A DNA stretch of 64,000 nucleotides from Camelus dromedarius. Its lineage: Eukaryota. The notes beneath the pieces were generated by a model. That model had not been told where the DNA came from. It did no database searches and saw only the letters and a program-made list of their open reading frames with translations. The translations under genes and the position numbers were made by a program. The DNA lies in the NCBI RefSeq assembly GCF_036321535.1, contig NC_087467.1, positions 22,754,001 to 22,818,000 of the forward strand, written 5' to 3'. This document shows, piece after piece, positions 12,813 through 24,490 of this stretch (the stretch's first letter is position 1; each line of letters begins with the position of its first letter).

Positions 12813-12997
12813 AATAGATAAATGAGTTTATACTGTGGAACACAGGGAACTATATTCGGTATCTTGTAAGTAGCTTGTGGTGAAAAAAATATGAAAACGA
12901 ATAATTTTATGTTCATGTATGACTGCAGCATTGTGCTGTACACCAGAAATGGACACAACATTGCAAACTGACTATACTTCAATAATTAAAAAAAAAA
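12813..12997 (+). mobile_element. 5'-truncated cetartiodactyl-type L1 3' end with poly(A) and perfect 15-bp TSD
   Basis: CACAGGGAACTATATTC..ACTATACTTCAATA followed by an A-tail; flanked by AGAATGGCAGATTTA at 12798-12812 and 12998-13012. Confidence 0.9.
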
Positions 12998-14273
12998 AGA
13001 ATGGCAGATTTAGAGTTAAATGTTCATTGGCTTCCTATGCAAAGAATTAAAGTACAGATTGTCTTTTATCTAACTTAAGTATTACATGGATAAGTTAATA
13101 GAGTCTGCCTTCCCAAAACCTCCATAAAATTTTTAGAACATGACTCTGGGCATCCAGAAAGTCATGCAATTCCATCACTCGGCTGAAAGGTTTCAAGAGC
13201 TCAGAGAAGCTGGGTCATCAGCCCCGAAGTCCTGAAGGCAAAGAAAAGCTAACCGCAGAATGCAAGCTTGCTTTTAAGTTCACAGGGCCGTTTATAAAGG
13301 TTACTCTCATACTTACTGCAAATTGAATCACGCAGAAGTCAATACATAAAACATGCTGCCTTTGTTCATTAAGGGTGTTTCCTCGGCCCAGGCCAAGATT
13401 TTACAATGACCTCTGCAGAGTCAGCAAATCAGCAAGGAATTGAAATCCACGTTGGCTTCAGTTCACTGTGAGGGGCTGGGCTGAAGGGAATTGTAACCGT
13501 GATGCAACAGCCTGAATGCTCCGTAATCGAAGAATGTCCTGTCTACTTAGCGGACAGCCTGGGGGGCGCGTGGTGAGGAACCCTTCAGGGGCCCCGTTTA
13601 ATTTTTCCCTTGTTTGTTTTCTCTCCTAATAGAAGCACTCTCACTGATACCATATCATGAAAAACGTGATTAAAATATTGAGTCAGTCCCTAAGCCAGAA
13701 AAGCACACACTGACATGTGACGTTAATACCACCCCCTACTGAGCGTCTGCAGAGGGGTTCACAAGAAGTCCTGAGTCAAACAGCCTAAGACTTGAGCATT
13801 TTCTCAAGGGGGAAAATTTAATTATAAGTGTAAAAACGAGCACGTTTAAGTGCATCAGATTGTTCTCTGTTCTTACGCACTTTCTGTTTTTGTTTATCCA
13901 TCATTTTCTGAAGCACCTAACACCCTCACTGTTCGCCTCTGGGCGGAACCACCGGGGCTGCGCCATCCAAGGGGCACCGCGGTGACCGCTGGTCTTCAGC
14001 TGCCAAAGCCTGGACACGAGGTGAGGGCCGGGCCTTAGGCCACGTCCACACAGGGTATCTTCCACGACGCTCTTCTTCCCGACGACCCACGAGGGGGACG
14101 CAGCCTCAGCTCAGGGGCAGACCAGCCCTGGGCCTACAGCTCCACCGGAAGTCAGAGCTGGGAGCAGCGCCTCCCGCTCTCTCCCCCGGGTCCAGGTCTG
14201 ACGTGGAATCTCAGTTTCACGCCAGTCCAGGGGGGCTCGCCACCGTCACCTGCAAGCTACAGTTCAAGCTCAC

Positions 14274-14387
14274 TGTTTCAGAATCGATCGCTTGCTTTCT
14301 GTTAAGCCAGTCTTTAGTTTGAAAAATCATACTGTCCAGAACCGAAAAAGCATTTGATTTAGAGTCAGAACACTTGGTTCCTACGTC
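14274..14387 (-). CDS. Candidate 114-nt exon (DVGTKCSDSKSNAFSVLDSMIFQTKDWLNRKQAIDSET)
   Basis: Acceptor ccgttcctctgtcccgtaatcag and donor ACA|gtgagc; open in phase 0-0. Product not recognised. Confidence 0.25.
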
Positions 14388-14469
14388 CTGATTACGGGAC
14401 AGAGGAACGGTCCCCACAGACGCTGTGAGAGCCTGTGAATAATGTAGGTTACAAGACGAAGAGGGGGGT

Positions 14470-14845
14470 GGGGCCATCAGCCGACCGTAAAATGGGGACA
14501 GGCTTTTGGATTATGCTGGTAGGCCCCACGTAATCACAATGCTTCTTAAAATGGAAGAGGGGGCGAGCGCGTTGGAGAAAGGCTATGATGACAGAACCAG
14601 GTATGGGAGGTGCTGGCTGCTCACCTGGACGCCAGAGGAGGCGCCCCGAGCTGGAGCAGCAGGGACCGAGCCCCCGCCAGCCTGGGGCCTCCGGGAGGAC
14701 CTCCCTGCCGACACCCTGCTCTCAGCCCAGGGACACCTGGGCAAGCCCTGGAACTGCGGGGCCGTCAGGCAGCACATTTTTGTCCTCTTGGGTCTCCAAG
14801 GCTGTGGTAACTTGTTACAGCACCAGCCACAAACCAGCAGAAGTG
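14470..14845 (+). mobile_element. MLT1D-like MaLR solo LTR
   Basis: GTAAAATGGGGACAGGCTTTTGGATTATGCTGGTAGGCCCCACGTAATCACA and terminal GCTGTGGTAACTTGTTACAGCA resemble the MLT1 consensus. Confidence 0.65.
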
Positions 14846-15499
14846 AGAAGGGAGGGAAAAGCCACAGCATCTCTGAGAGGCATTCTGTCACATGTCAAGC
14901 ACGTTGGTGACATCAGGGCCTTCGGGGCTCTGAACCCGGGAAACGTCAGGAACGCGGAAGGCCTTTCCGTTGGCAGGACCAACATGTTAACGGGTGAGCC
15001 AGGTGTGCTGTTTCCGGGAGGCGGGTGGGAGGGGAGGCTTCAAACACGGCGAGAAGCAGGAGGACAGCCGGGCGGCTGCAGAGGCGGCCTGTGCTCAGCA
15101 CCAACTCCTGACATGCATCTTTTTTTCCACTTGCCCAAGGACGACGGCAGGCACTGACTGTCCACCTGTCAGGCAGGGTCCGTATCGCCAGTCTTGCAGG
15201 ACAACAGCTCCTGTGCGCTGGCAGTGAACTGGTGTCGCTTAGTCTGGACCCATTACAGGTTCCCCTCCAAGGGTCTGGACACGGGAGAGAGGTTTCCAGC
15301 GGGGTTTGGGCGGTAGGTGCGCCAAGTTCCTGGAGACATCCAAGACTCGCCACCTCCGGCGGTGCCTCCAGGCAGGAAACTGAGCGGCTGGGGCGCACGG
15401 GGGGAACTTACTTTCCACTGTGCTTATCAACATGATATTTAAATTAAATTAAAGCGAAGGTTTTAGTGATGTGAACCTTTACTGATGCTTACCGAGCCT

Positions 15500-15662
15500 C
15501 AGACACAGTCACGTCCTTCCTGCGTGTTCCCCAGCAACCTTACGAGGGAGGTACAAAAATTATGCACATTTCACCTGTGCAACGCTGAGTCCCGTTGTCA
15601 CTGGTCACTCTTGTCCCAGGCCAGCACACGCTAGGAGGCTGAGCTGTGGTTTGAACGCCAGC
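15500..15662 (-). mobile_element. MIR SINE relic
   Basis: CAGCAACCTTACGAGGGAGGTAC..CACATTTCACCTG..GGTTTGAAC is the reverse MIR core. Confidence 0.55.
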
Positions 15663-16042
15663 ATCCACATACCGAGCCGTCTGTGGTTCTGCCGGGCCGA
15701 CGGCTGGCACAGTCACCAAAGATTTCACCAACCCAGCACTCACCGAGTCTCCACTCTGGGGCAACCACTGTCCCAGGTGACAGGGTGACAGCAACAGTCA
15801 GAACAGATGCTGCAGGCTCTCAGCAGTCTTACAACCAGCAGCAACTGACAGACCCAGCAGGCGTTTCTCCAGCCCTTGTCACACGCCAGGCAGTGCGCAA
15901 AGGAGTTTACTGACGACTGGCGCCTGCGAGACCCAGGGCCGCGCCACACACAGAGCCTGGCGACTGGGACCTCGTGTTGCACACCAGGAACGGACACTTT
16001 GTCACTTTTCAATTGAAAGCAAAAACGTAGGCCAAGACTCAC

Positions 16043-16100
16043 CTCAGAATCATCTCATCCAAAATCACCGTCTGATGCGTGGAGTCCTGTCCCGCGAGAG
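16043..16100 (-). CDS. Candidate small exon (LAGQDSTHQTVILDEMILR)
   Basis: Strong donor GAG|gtgagt at 16042; possible acceptors give exon starts at 16100 or 16086; one open frame. Confidence 0.2.
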
Positions 16101-17339
16101 CTGAACAGCTCACCACGTGCAGGGGCTCTGTTTGGAAATCGGCCACCTGGAAATGAAGAGGAAAACAGTGTCAGAAAGAAGAGATTTTATGTGTGCTAGG
16201 TGCATCGCGTTTACTTAATTGCAACGTTCAGATTACAGCAGAGATGCCACAGTTAGGGTGTCCGTCAGCTTCTGATGGGGCGGGACACCCTTCCGTGGCA
16301 GAAAAGCCACGTGTGTCACACCAGACGTCAAACGCCACTCGCGCTGCCCGTGCAGTTTCAGCAGTGATGAGGGAGAGCCTTGGCTTGTCAAGTTCTTGCT
16401 TTTCATCATAGTTCTCCAGCAAAAAAAAAGCTTTTAAGCTTAAAATGTCACAATACAGTAATATTTATTTATACCAACTTTTATTCCGAAAATAGTTTTT
16501 GTAAGTGAAATGTCATAATTTTAAAGATTTAGTGAGTAAATCCAGATTATCTTTTTTCCTAAAGCTCCACAAATCTTCACCAGAGACCGTCTTTTCAGAA
16601 TGCACGTGGAATTCTTTCTCATTCTAAACAGCCATGAATCACATCAGAACCCTGGAATGAAACTCTGTTTTCACTGAACTTCACAATTTCTAAAAAAAAA
16701 AAACCCTGTTTTGATAAATGGGTCCTGGAGCAGTGAGGTTTGACCACGATAAGGAAAACAGTACGTTCCTACATTAAAAATGACTAGAAATCACATGGGC
16801 ATATACATTAAAAGCTGGGAATGCGGGAATATTGTGCGGTATGATTCGTTTTCCACTGAACGATGGTCTCCTAGTTAAAGTTCAGTACAGAATAGACGCT
16901 TACATATTTTAAATAAGAAAAAAGTATCACAGGGTTGTTGCTTTTTTCTGCTCACAGATTTTGAGCTTCCCTCAAGGGTAAACACTGGAGGTTGTCCTCC
17001 GAGCGTACACGGCACGTTTCCGGGAATACGTGGTCTCTCTGCTAAGGCAGCAGAGTCACCTTTCAAGGGGGCCACTCCTCCTATGAAAAGGAGAAGAAAG
17101 TGTTTCTGACAGTTACCTCTCTGCTTTGGAAATGAACCTATTAAGTACGCTCTACGTGTAAATGTGTGTCCACCCCCCCCCCCCGCCAGACACAGAAACC
17201 TCACAATTGCTCTAGGTACCCAAGGAGTTAAGCCAGGGGTAAATGTGCCGCCTGACTTCAGAGCTGCCTCTGGGAGGAAACACCACACTTCACCGAGAAG
17301 GACCCTGCCTGTCGGCAGAATCTACAAAGAAAAGGGAGT

Positions 17340-17560
17340 TAGCTTTGCCCGGGCCCTGCGGGTGTACCCCCCAGGCTGCGGGCGTCCCCTCCGGGCTGCG
17401 GGCGTCCCGCCTAGGCTGCGGGCCGCGCCAGGCTGGGCAGGTCCGAGAGCCCCGGGGCGGCTGGGGCCCCGGCTCAGGGGGGCGGCAAGACTGGAGCCCA
17501 GAGCAGCCCCCAGGGCGCGGCCGGCCTCCTTACAACTGAAGCTGCAGGCGCCCCACAAAG
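17340..17560. promoter_or_regulatory. Small CpG/GC-rich patch containing a 20-bp degenerate minisatellite
   Basis: Dense CpG; units AGGCTGCGGGCGTCCCCTCC / GGGCTGCGGGCGTCCCGCCT; lies just 3' (minus sense) of donor AGTT|gtaagg at 17533. Confidence 0.4.
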
Positions 17561-17999
17561 TCCGGAGGTATCCTGGAAAACATCGGAAGGCCTGTTCCCT
17601 ACCCAGCGTATACCAGGGAAACGTGCTGGGAAGAAAATCAGAGCAGGAAGCCATCGCTGACCTCACCTTCTTTGGGAAGAAAGAATATACGTTATAAGAT
17701 GCTTACAGAAAAGACAGGAAGGCTTTAGTGCTGGGACTCTGAAGTCAGCGGCAGTTACCTCTAGAAGGGCGGAAGGATTGAAAAAAAAAAAAAAGCCAGA
17801 CAGGAGCCGGGCCCACAGACACAGGGGCACCTGCGGGGGACGCTCTGTGAGGGATTCCCAGCGGCCACAGGTGCCCGAGCCCTGGCAGTGCCTGGCGCAC
17901 CTGGAACATTCTCTGTGCGTTTCTGTCCGCAGCTGACCTCAGTGTTACACAAAGTTTCTGGACCCATGAGGTCTGAAATGCTGTAGAGAAGATACATTT

Positions 18000-18420
18000 T
18001 ATTGCCAGTTTAATTTATTTTATTTTTCTTTTCTCTCGTTTTTGGGGTTTTTCTTTTCTTTAATTGAAGCATAGTCAGTTAACAGTGTTGGGTCGGTCTC
18101 TGGTGCACAGCATCCTGTCAAATGTGATTGGTCTGAAATCCCCACGTGGACTATGCACGCGGTGGACACATCTACACGCAGATTACCGCTAAGTGTATGT
18201 CTATGAGAATGAACACGTAGGGTGAAGACTTCAGGTGCGTAAAGGGGTATTTGGATTTTTAAACATAATTTCGCCAAAGTCCATTCTCTGTCCCAATGTA
18301 GGTTGGTAACAACTCCCCAGACACGGTCACCTCGAATGGGGATGGTGTTACAAACAGGCACTTTTGTTTCAGGAGGAGCCCACCCTGGTACAGGCAGCCC
18401 CGTGCGTCTCATTTTTGGAG
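18000..18420 (-). mobile_element. L1 3' end fragments (young tail plus older L1 sequence)
   Basis: T-rich tail followed by TAATTGAAGCATAGTCAGTTAACAGTGTTG, the reverse of the L1 3' terminus. Confidence 0.65.
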
Positions 18421-19215
18421 CCGTCCAGTCATGTTATACATGATTGACGTCTGTGTTCTGTGATTTTCATAAAGACTTCTTTGCACTTATGTTAGTGAGT
18501 GATATTTATCTATAACTTTCCTTTGCTCCAATACCTTTGTCTGTTTTCAGTATCAAAGTAATGCTGACCTTGTGCGCTGCGTTCGGAAATATCCCCAAAC
18601 TTTCAGTTTTTTGGAAGAATTGTCTGTGACTGCTATTATTTATTTCTTAAGTGCTCAGTAGAATTTGCCAGTAAAGACACCTGGGCCTGGAGCTTTCTTT
18701 GCTGTTCATTAGTAAACACAGTGGGATTCAGCTTCTCAGTGTCTTGGGAGCCAGGTTTGCCAGGTCGTCGCTTCCAAGGAATTGACGATCGTGTCTGCGT
18801 TCGTAACTGCTGGTCATGAGCTGCTCATAAGCTCCCCTTATTCCTGTCAGTATCTGCATAATCTACGGTGACGTCACCTGTCCCGTTTCTGATGTTTGTA
18901 ATTTGCGTAAGTGCTTTGGTTTTCCCATCAGTCTGAAGAGGTGATCGGCAATGTCATTGTCATTAAATCCAAAACAGCTCCTACCCCCCCACCCACCCCC
19001 TGATTTTCCCCTCCTTTTTCCAGGGACTGTTTGGTATGCCATTTAGTTTCCAAGTATTTGGGGATTTTCCTGATATTTTTCTGTGATTGGCCTTTAAATT
19101 ATTTTCACTGTGGGCAAAGAACACAGTGCGTATGACTTGGATCCTTTTGCTTTGGGGGTTGTGTTTCATGGCCCAGAATACGGGCCATCTTGGTCAGTGT
19201 CCCACCTGGCCTCTG
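18420..19215 (-). mobile_element. Old L1M ORF2 relic
   Basis: GTTTTCAGTATCAAAGTAATGCTGACCTTG, AAAGACACCTGGGCCTGGAGCTTTCTTTG and TTTCCAAGTATTTGGGGATTTTCCTG are reverse L1 ORF2 motifs; reading frame destroyed. Confidence 0.75.
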
Positions 19216-20660
19216 AGCCGTCCGCCCGCTGCCCCGTGAATTATGAGGTGTCCTGCGCTGGCTGCCGGGAGCAGGAGCCACTCCCAGCTGACGCTGGCTC
19301 CAGCGCCTCTGCCCAGGGCCTTTTGGGTGGGTCCTTCCCCAGCGCTCGGTGTTTTCCTGGCTTCACGTGGTGACTCACACTCAGCTGAAGACTCTCCGGC
19401 CGGTTGCGCCCTCTCTGTGAAGTCTGACTGCCTGGCTCTGCCTGGACCCACAATCCCTTCCTCTCTCAGAGAGACCACCCTACTCGCCCCGGTGCCCCTC
19501 CCTTGGGCGGCCACCATGCTTGACAGAGAGAAGGTGCATTCTCACATCTGCTTCCTCATCCAAAGTGTGGCACCACTTTGCTCAGGAAGGACATCTGGCC
19601 TCACAGAGATGTACCATGTCTTTGGAAAACGCAGGATTATTCTAACAGTTTTCCCAGATTGTTGTAGCATTTTTTTCACTGACACTACACCCAAACATCA
19701 CAAATGCTAATGTCTCGAATTTAATTACAGCAATGAATCAATAATCACACTGATGAAATCCTTTGGTTACATCACAATCCACTGGTCTGAGTATCACCTG
19801 GACTGGACCGTTTATCGATGCAAGATTTTGTTACATCACGTCTCCCTCATTTGGAGAACCCCACCTCGGAGTCACACTGGTTTGTGTAAATGTTGTAACA
19901 TCTCATCAAACAATACAAAATCTCACCATTGCTATTTTCACTGCAAACTGCATCCTGCATTCTTTAAAACCAGGGAAGCCTTCAGGCTCGCGGTGGCTGA
20001 TGACAAGCCTTTAAGAATTCTGATTTTCACTCGAGACTTTCAAGTTCATCAGGGGCAGCGAATACTCCCCATGGTTTTCTTTAAAGTAAAAGACTCGGTT
20101 CTTTTTGGAGGAAATTTTTGGCCAAAACCCAGGTCTGCGAAGCTGAAGTTTGCCAGTGATTTTTCAGAAACCGCCGTGCTGATGGCAGCCAAAGGAACTC
20201 TGAGGGCTTTGCACAGGGCACCCGCCCGCCCCGAGCAGGAAGGGCACGTACCACGCATCTCAACACGCGAAGTGCCGAAAAGGTGTGCTCAGGGCCGAAA
20301 TTCCACACAGCTAGTAACACGTGCAAGAACACGTGTACTTCCACCAGCGACACCGTCCGGTGGAACCAGCGTTCCTCTAACTGCTGGCAGGTGACGGTGC
20401 CCACATGGACCGCCTAAGGTCTTGCCCAGGTACCTGCCAAGGTGCTGACCCTTCTCCTCATCTCTTACTCAAAAGTCAACATGGTTAAAAAGGCAAACAA
20501 CATTTTAGTTTTCTTATGAAAATAGTCTTGACCTCATGAACTTTGTTTCGAAAAATTCATAGGAAATTTCAAAAGCCCACACTCAGAAATGCCACTTGGA
20601 GCCTCACTAGCTTAGGAACCCTAAACACGACTACACCTAGAGCAAGTAACTGACTCAATT

Positions 20661-21096
20661 CCTTTTTTTTTTTTTTTTGATAATTCTCTGGCGGGGGGTA
20701 ATTACGTTTTTATTTATTTATTTGAGGGGTAATCAGGTTTATTCAGGTTTATTTATTTAATTTTTAAAATTAATTCATTTTCCTCTTTTTAATCTAGTTT
20801 ATCTCACGCAGTGTAATTATTTTATTCTTACTTCTGGTCGAAGTGCAGTGCATTTACGCTACTTTCATGCGTACAGCAAAGTGACTCAGTTACACACGTA
20901 CACACGTGTGTATTGTTTTCAGATTCTTTTCCATTATAGTTCATTACAAGAAACTGAGTGTGATTCCCTGTGCTGTACAGAAGGGCCCTGTTGTTTATGT
21001 ATTTTATATACAGTAGTGTGTACTGAGGACGGGGGACTGAACCCAGGACCGTGTGCGTGCCAAGCACGTGCTCCGCCAGCGAGCTGCGCCCCCCCC
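20661..21096 (-). mobile_element. Composite element: tRNA-SINE head (21023-21096), L1 3' fragment (20828-21022), SINE-type tail (20661-20790)
   Basis: On the minus strand the SINE head joins directly to TACACACTACTGTATATAAAA (L1 tail), then AAATAAACC..ATTACCCC tail motifs and poly(A) follow. Confidence 0.75.
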
Positions 21097-22482
21097 ACCC
21101 CCAGTCCCTCCTGGGTTAGAGCTGCCCACTCTCTCCCCGGATCCATCCCAAATGCCTTTCCAGTCTGATGTCTAGAGTTTGGAAGACTGATGGGGGGGGG
21201 GGGGAGTGAAGGAGATAAATCTGATTTTTCTCTGCAGCCAAGTCTTACCTCTGCCACTTTTCCTGATTAGCTTTCGTGTCCTGCGTTCCATTAGGCCAGA
21301 GTCGTGAGAGCTAAAGCACTGCTGCTGTCAGAGTTAGCGACTTCACGCCAGAAGCAGCAAAGCTGAGGCCCAGGCACAGTGTCCTTTCTCCTCATCTTGA
21401 GGCAGAAGAAAGGGGGGAAAGTCTAAACAAAAGACCAGGAGGCCCAAAGTCGCGGCTGAATTTTAACATTCAGACGTATCATCTTGCCAGAAATTTAACT
21501 TCCAGCCGCTGACTCCTGCCAGGCCTCAAATTCTTCCCTATTGTGTCACTCACATGTCTGGGGGGTGGGGGGAGGGAGGCAGGGGTATCTTCTAATCAGG
21601 AAAATATGTATTTACTTTGAAATTACTGTGTGATAGCTATTGTCCTCAGTAAGTTCAAGTGAGAGCACACAGTGGCAGGCACGCACTCTTTATTTCAGAG
21701 GAGACGTAAGAGAGATCCTTTGAAGGCGGACATTTCACGGCTGTTTTTTTGTAGCGGCCCTCCTGGTCTATGACCTGCTGGAAACCTGGCCAGCCCATCC
21801 CAGGACTCGCTGTGCAAGGCCACGGAGCCTGGCTGTTCAGCACTTTCCGAACGCCCTGTGTTTGATCGAGAAGAGGAAACTGGGGCCGACTCACAGACCG
21901 GCTCAGCACGAGGGCACGTGTGCGGCTTCATCGCCGTCACCGAGTTTTTGTTTAATGATCATTATTTTGGGTTAAGATACTGATATTCCATGAAATGTCA
22001 CGCCTCCTGTCACTTGGGAGAGATCAGGGATTACCAGAGTGGCAGTGTTCTCACCCGAGAGGAGCGTTTCAGCCAGTCACTGGGGACAATCGTGAAATGG
22101 GGAAAGGAGACAGCAGAGGGCAAGAGGACGCCGTGTGGGAAACCCGCACTCCCTCATCCTCAGAGGCATTCAGCGCAGTAACTTCCGGCGCAGTGTCCGC
22201 AGCAACGCTGTGGGTCAGTCCCCAACCAGCAAAAGCTTGTTAGCTTCTGATTTGAAGCTACAAACCACTATGGAGAAACCACTACATATGGTACACCTCT
22301 ATTTAAAAAAAAAAAAAAAAACTGCCCATGCCCATTTTATAGAGCTATGAAATAATGTTTTTTTACAGAGAAAGTTCTGCTTTCCTTAAAAATTATATAC
22401 AAGTTTGTTAAGAGCTAGAAGCCTGCAGAAAACAAGTGATTGTGACAACTTGCATGGATTGTACCTTAAAGATCCAGCACAT

Positions 22483-22726
22483 CTTCCCAAATGTATCCTC
22501 TCCCACCCTCTTTCTGAGGTTGGCAAATGTTAGCCACTGTATACAAAAATAGAGCGAAAAAACATGTTTCTTCTGTACAGCACAGGGAACTATATCCAAT
22601 ATTTTGTAATAACCTTTAATGGAAAAAGATATGAAAATGAATATACATATGTATATGCATGACTGGGACACCGTGCTACACACCAGACATGGACACACCA
22701 GAAGCTGACACACTTCAATTAAAAAT
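22483..22726 (+). mobile_element. Short L1 3' end with 5' micro-inversion
   Basis: L1 tail in sense from ~22511; 22483-22508 is the reverse complement of the adjacent L1 segment; degenerate TSD TAAAGATCCAGCACAT / TAAACATCCAACACAT. Confidence 0.75.
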
Positions 22727-23559
22727 AAACATCCAACACATGTTAAGATGCACATCTTTGTATCTTGAAGACACAGCCTAATATGGGAAAATCTCCTAAA
22801 TGGAAGGAAAAACCCTCCAGGCTTAACATCCCTCACGCCAGCCTTCTTCCTCGGTTCTCTCCAGCTCGAGGGGAATCAAGACAAAGAGACACCCCAAGGG
22901 AAAAGAGAGGCAATGCGACGACTCCCGGACTGTTATGAACCGTGTAACACACAGGTGTTTTTCCTAGATCCTCCTAGAACCAGCCTTAGCGCACTGAGAA
23001 ACCGGCTGAAGTCTGGGAACAGACGCACGCACACAGTGAAGGGAAAGCAAAGAAAGGAAGCGGACGAGGTGGAGGAGGAGACATGGTGCAGAGACATGAA
23101 ACTGCATTCTTACTTTTTAAGTTGTGTCACCGTATAGTTACATGTGGAGAGATATTCCTGAGACTCCTAGTCCTGCTGAAAGCCTGGTGGTCTGGACAAT
23201 GAAGGTCCTGGTTGGCTGCCCTGCCAACAGCGTCAGGTGTCCCTAGTCACCCACCTCCGCCGAGGAAGAAGCAGCTGGACGGGTCCCGGTGAGCAAACGT
23301 CATGACCACGCAGGAAACGCAGCTTCCGCCGTCCCCGGGCCGGCCTCCGCGGGCGAGGGGTGACATGGCGTGCGAGGAAGGGCGCTACGCCAGCTGTCTG
23401 TCTTCTCCCCCTGATGCCACTGTGTCTGCTGCACAGAGCGTGAAGCAGGGCTGTCTACGTCGTGATGGAAGGGTGCCTTTGTCCTGTCTGGAGGCTGCCC
23501 AGTAGTTTTTGAACGACCCTCGCATATCAGAAGAATGTCTTACCTCGAAGTCCCAGATC

Positions 23560-24490
23560 CCCAGGGTATAACCAGAAACTGCTGCCTCCCTTGCAGGTCT
23601 GGACTTCACTCTGGGCAAGACCCTCAGTCTCCTGGGTCAGCTCTGCGTGCAGATGTGAGTCCTGCATGTGAAAGGCAGTCAGCACATGGGCCTCGGTGTC
23701 AGGAAGACCTGTGGACAAAGGTTAGATGCAGGCATTTGCAGGGAGTCCATCACCGCTTCCTCTGCTGGTTGCCCGGCCTGGAGCAGGCACTGCCTACATG
23801 CAGCTTTCCAGAGTAGCTTCTCAACCAAAAGTGGAGTGACTGTGTGGTCCAGCAATCCCACTCCTGGGCACGCAGCCGGAGAAAACTCCAACTGAAAAGG
23901 ACACCTGCACCCCAATGTTCACAGCAGCACTATTTACAATAGACAAGACGTGGAGACACCTAAATGTCCATCGACGGATGACTGGATAAAGAAGCTGTGG
24001 NNNNNNNNNNNNNNNNNNNNNNNNNNNNNNNNNNNNNNNNNNNNNNNNNNNNNNNNNNNNNNNNNNNNNNNNNNNNNNNNNNNNNNNNNNNNNNNNNNNN
24101 NNNNNNNNNNNNNNNNNNNNNNNNNNNNNNNNNNTGTCACTTACATGTATGTGGAGTCGAAAAAAATGAGACAAATGAACTTACTCACAAATCAGAAAGA
24201 GACTCAGAGACACAGAAAACAAACTTACAGCTACCACAGAGGAAGGAGGGGAGGGATAAATTTGGGATTTGGGATTGGCAGATACACACTGCTATATACA
24301 AAACAGATGAACCACAGGGTCCTCCCGTACAGCACAGGGAGCTCTATTCACTGGCTCACAGGAGCCTGTAATGAGAGAGAGTAGGAAAAGGAATGTGTGT
24401 GTGTGGATGACTGAGGCACGACGCTGTGCGCCAGAAACGGACACAAGTGTAGAATGACTGCACTTCAACAGGAAAAAGAAAAAAAGAAAA
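23560..24490 (+). mobile_element. L1 ORF2 3' end and 3' UTR interrupted by an assembly gap
   Basis: GGTCCAGCAATCCCACTCCTGGG, CACCTGCACCCCAATGTTCACAGCAGCACTATTTACAATAG and an A-rich tail ending ~24490. The 5' boundary is uncertain. Confidence 0.8.
24001..24133. other. Assembly gap (133 N)
   Basis: N run in the sequence. Confidence 0.99.

Noticed and set aside
13315-13413. Minus-strand segment with good acceptor and GTAAGT donor as a coding exon
   Set aside because: All three frames contain stops; it could only be a non-coding or poison exon.
20011-20142. Minus-strand peptide LRRPGFWPKISSKKNRVFYFKENHGEYS.. resembling a WW domain
   Set aside because: It lacks the second Trp and Pro of the WW signature; the resemblance is limited to the RVFYF word.
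19753-20394. 213-aa plus-strand ORF in moderately AT-rich sequence
   Set aside because: No homology recognised and no convincing splice or promoter context; left unsupported, though a tblastn is cheap.
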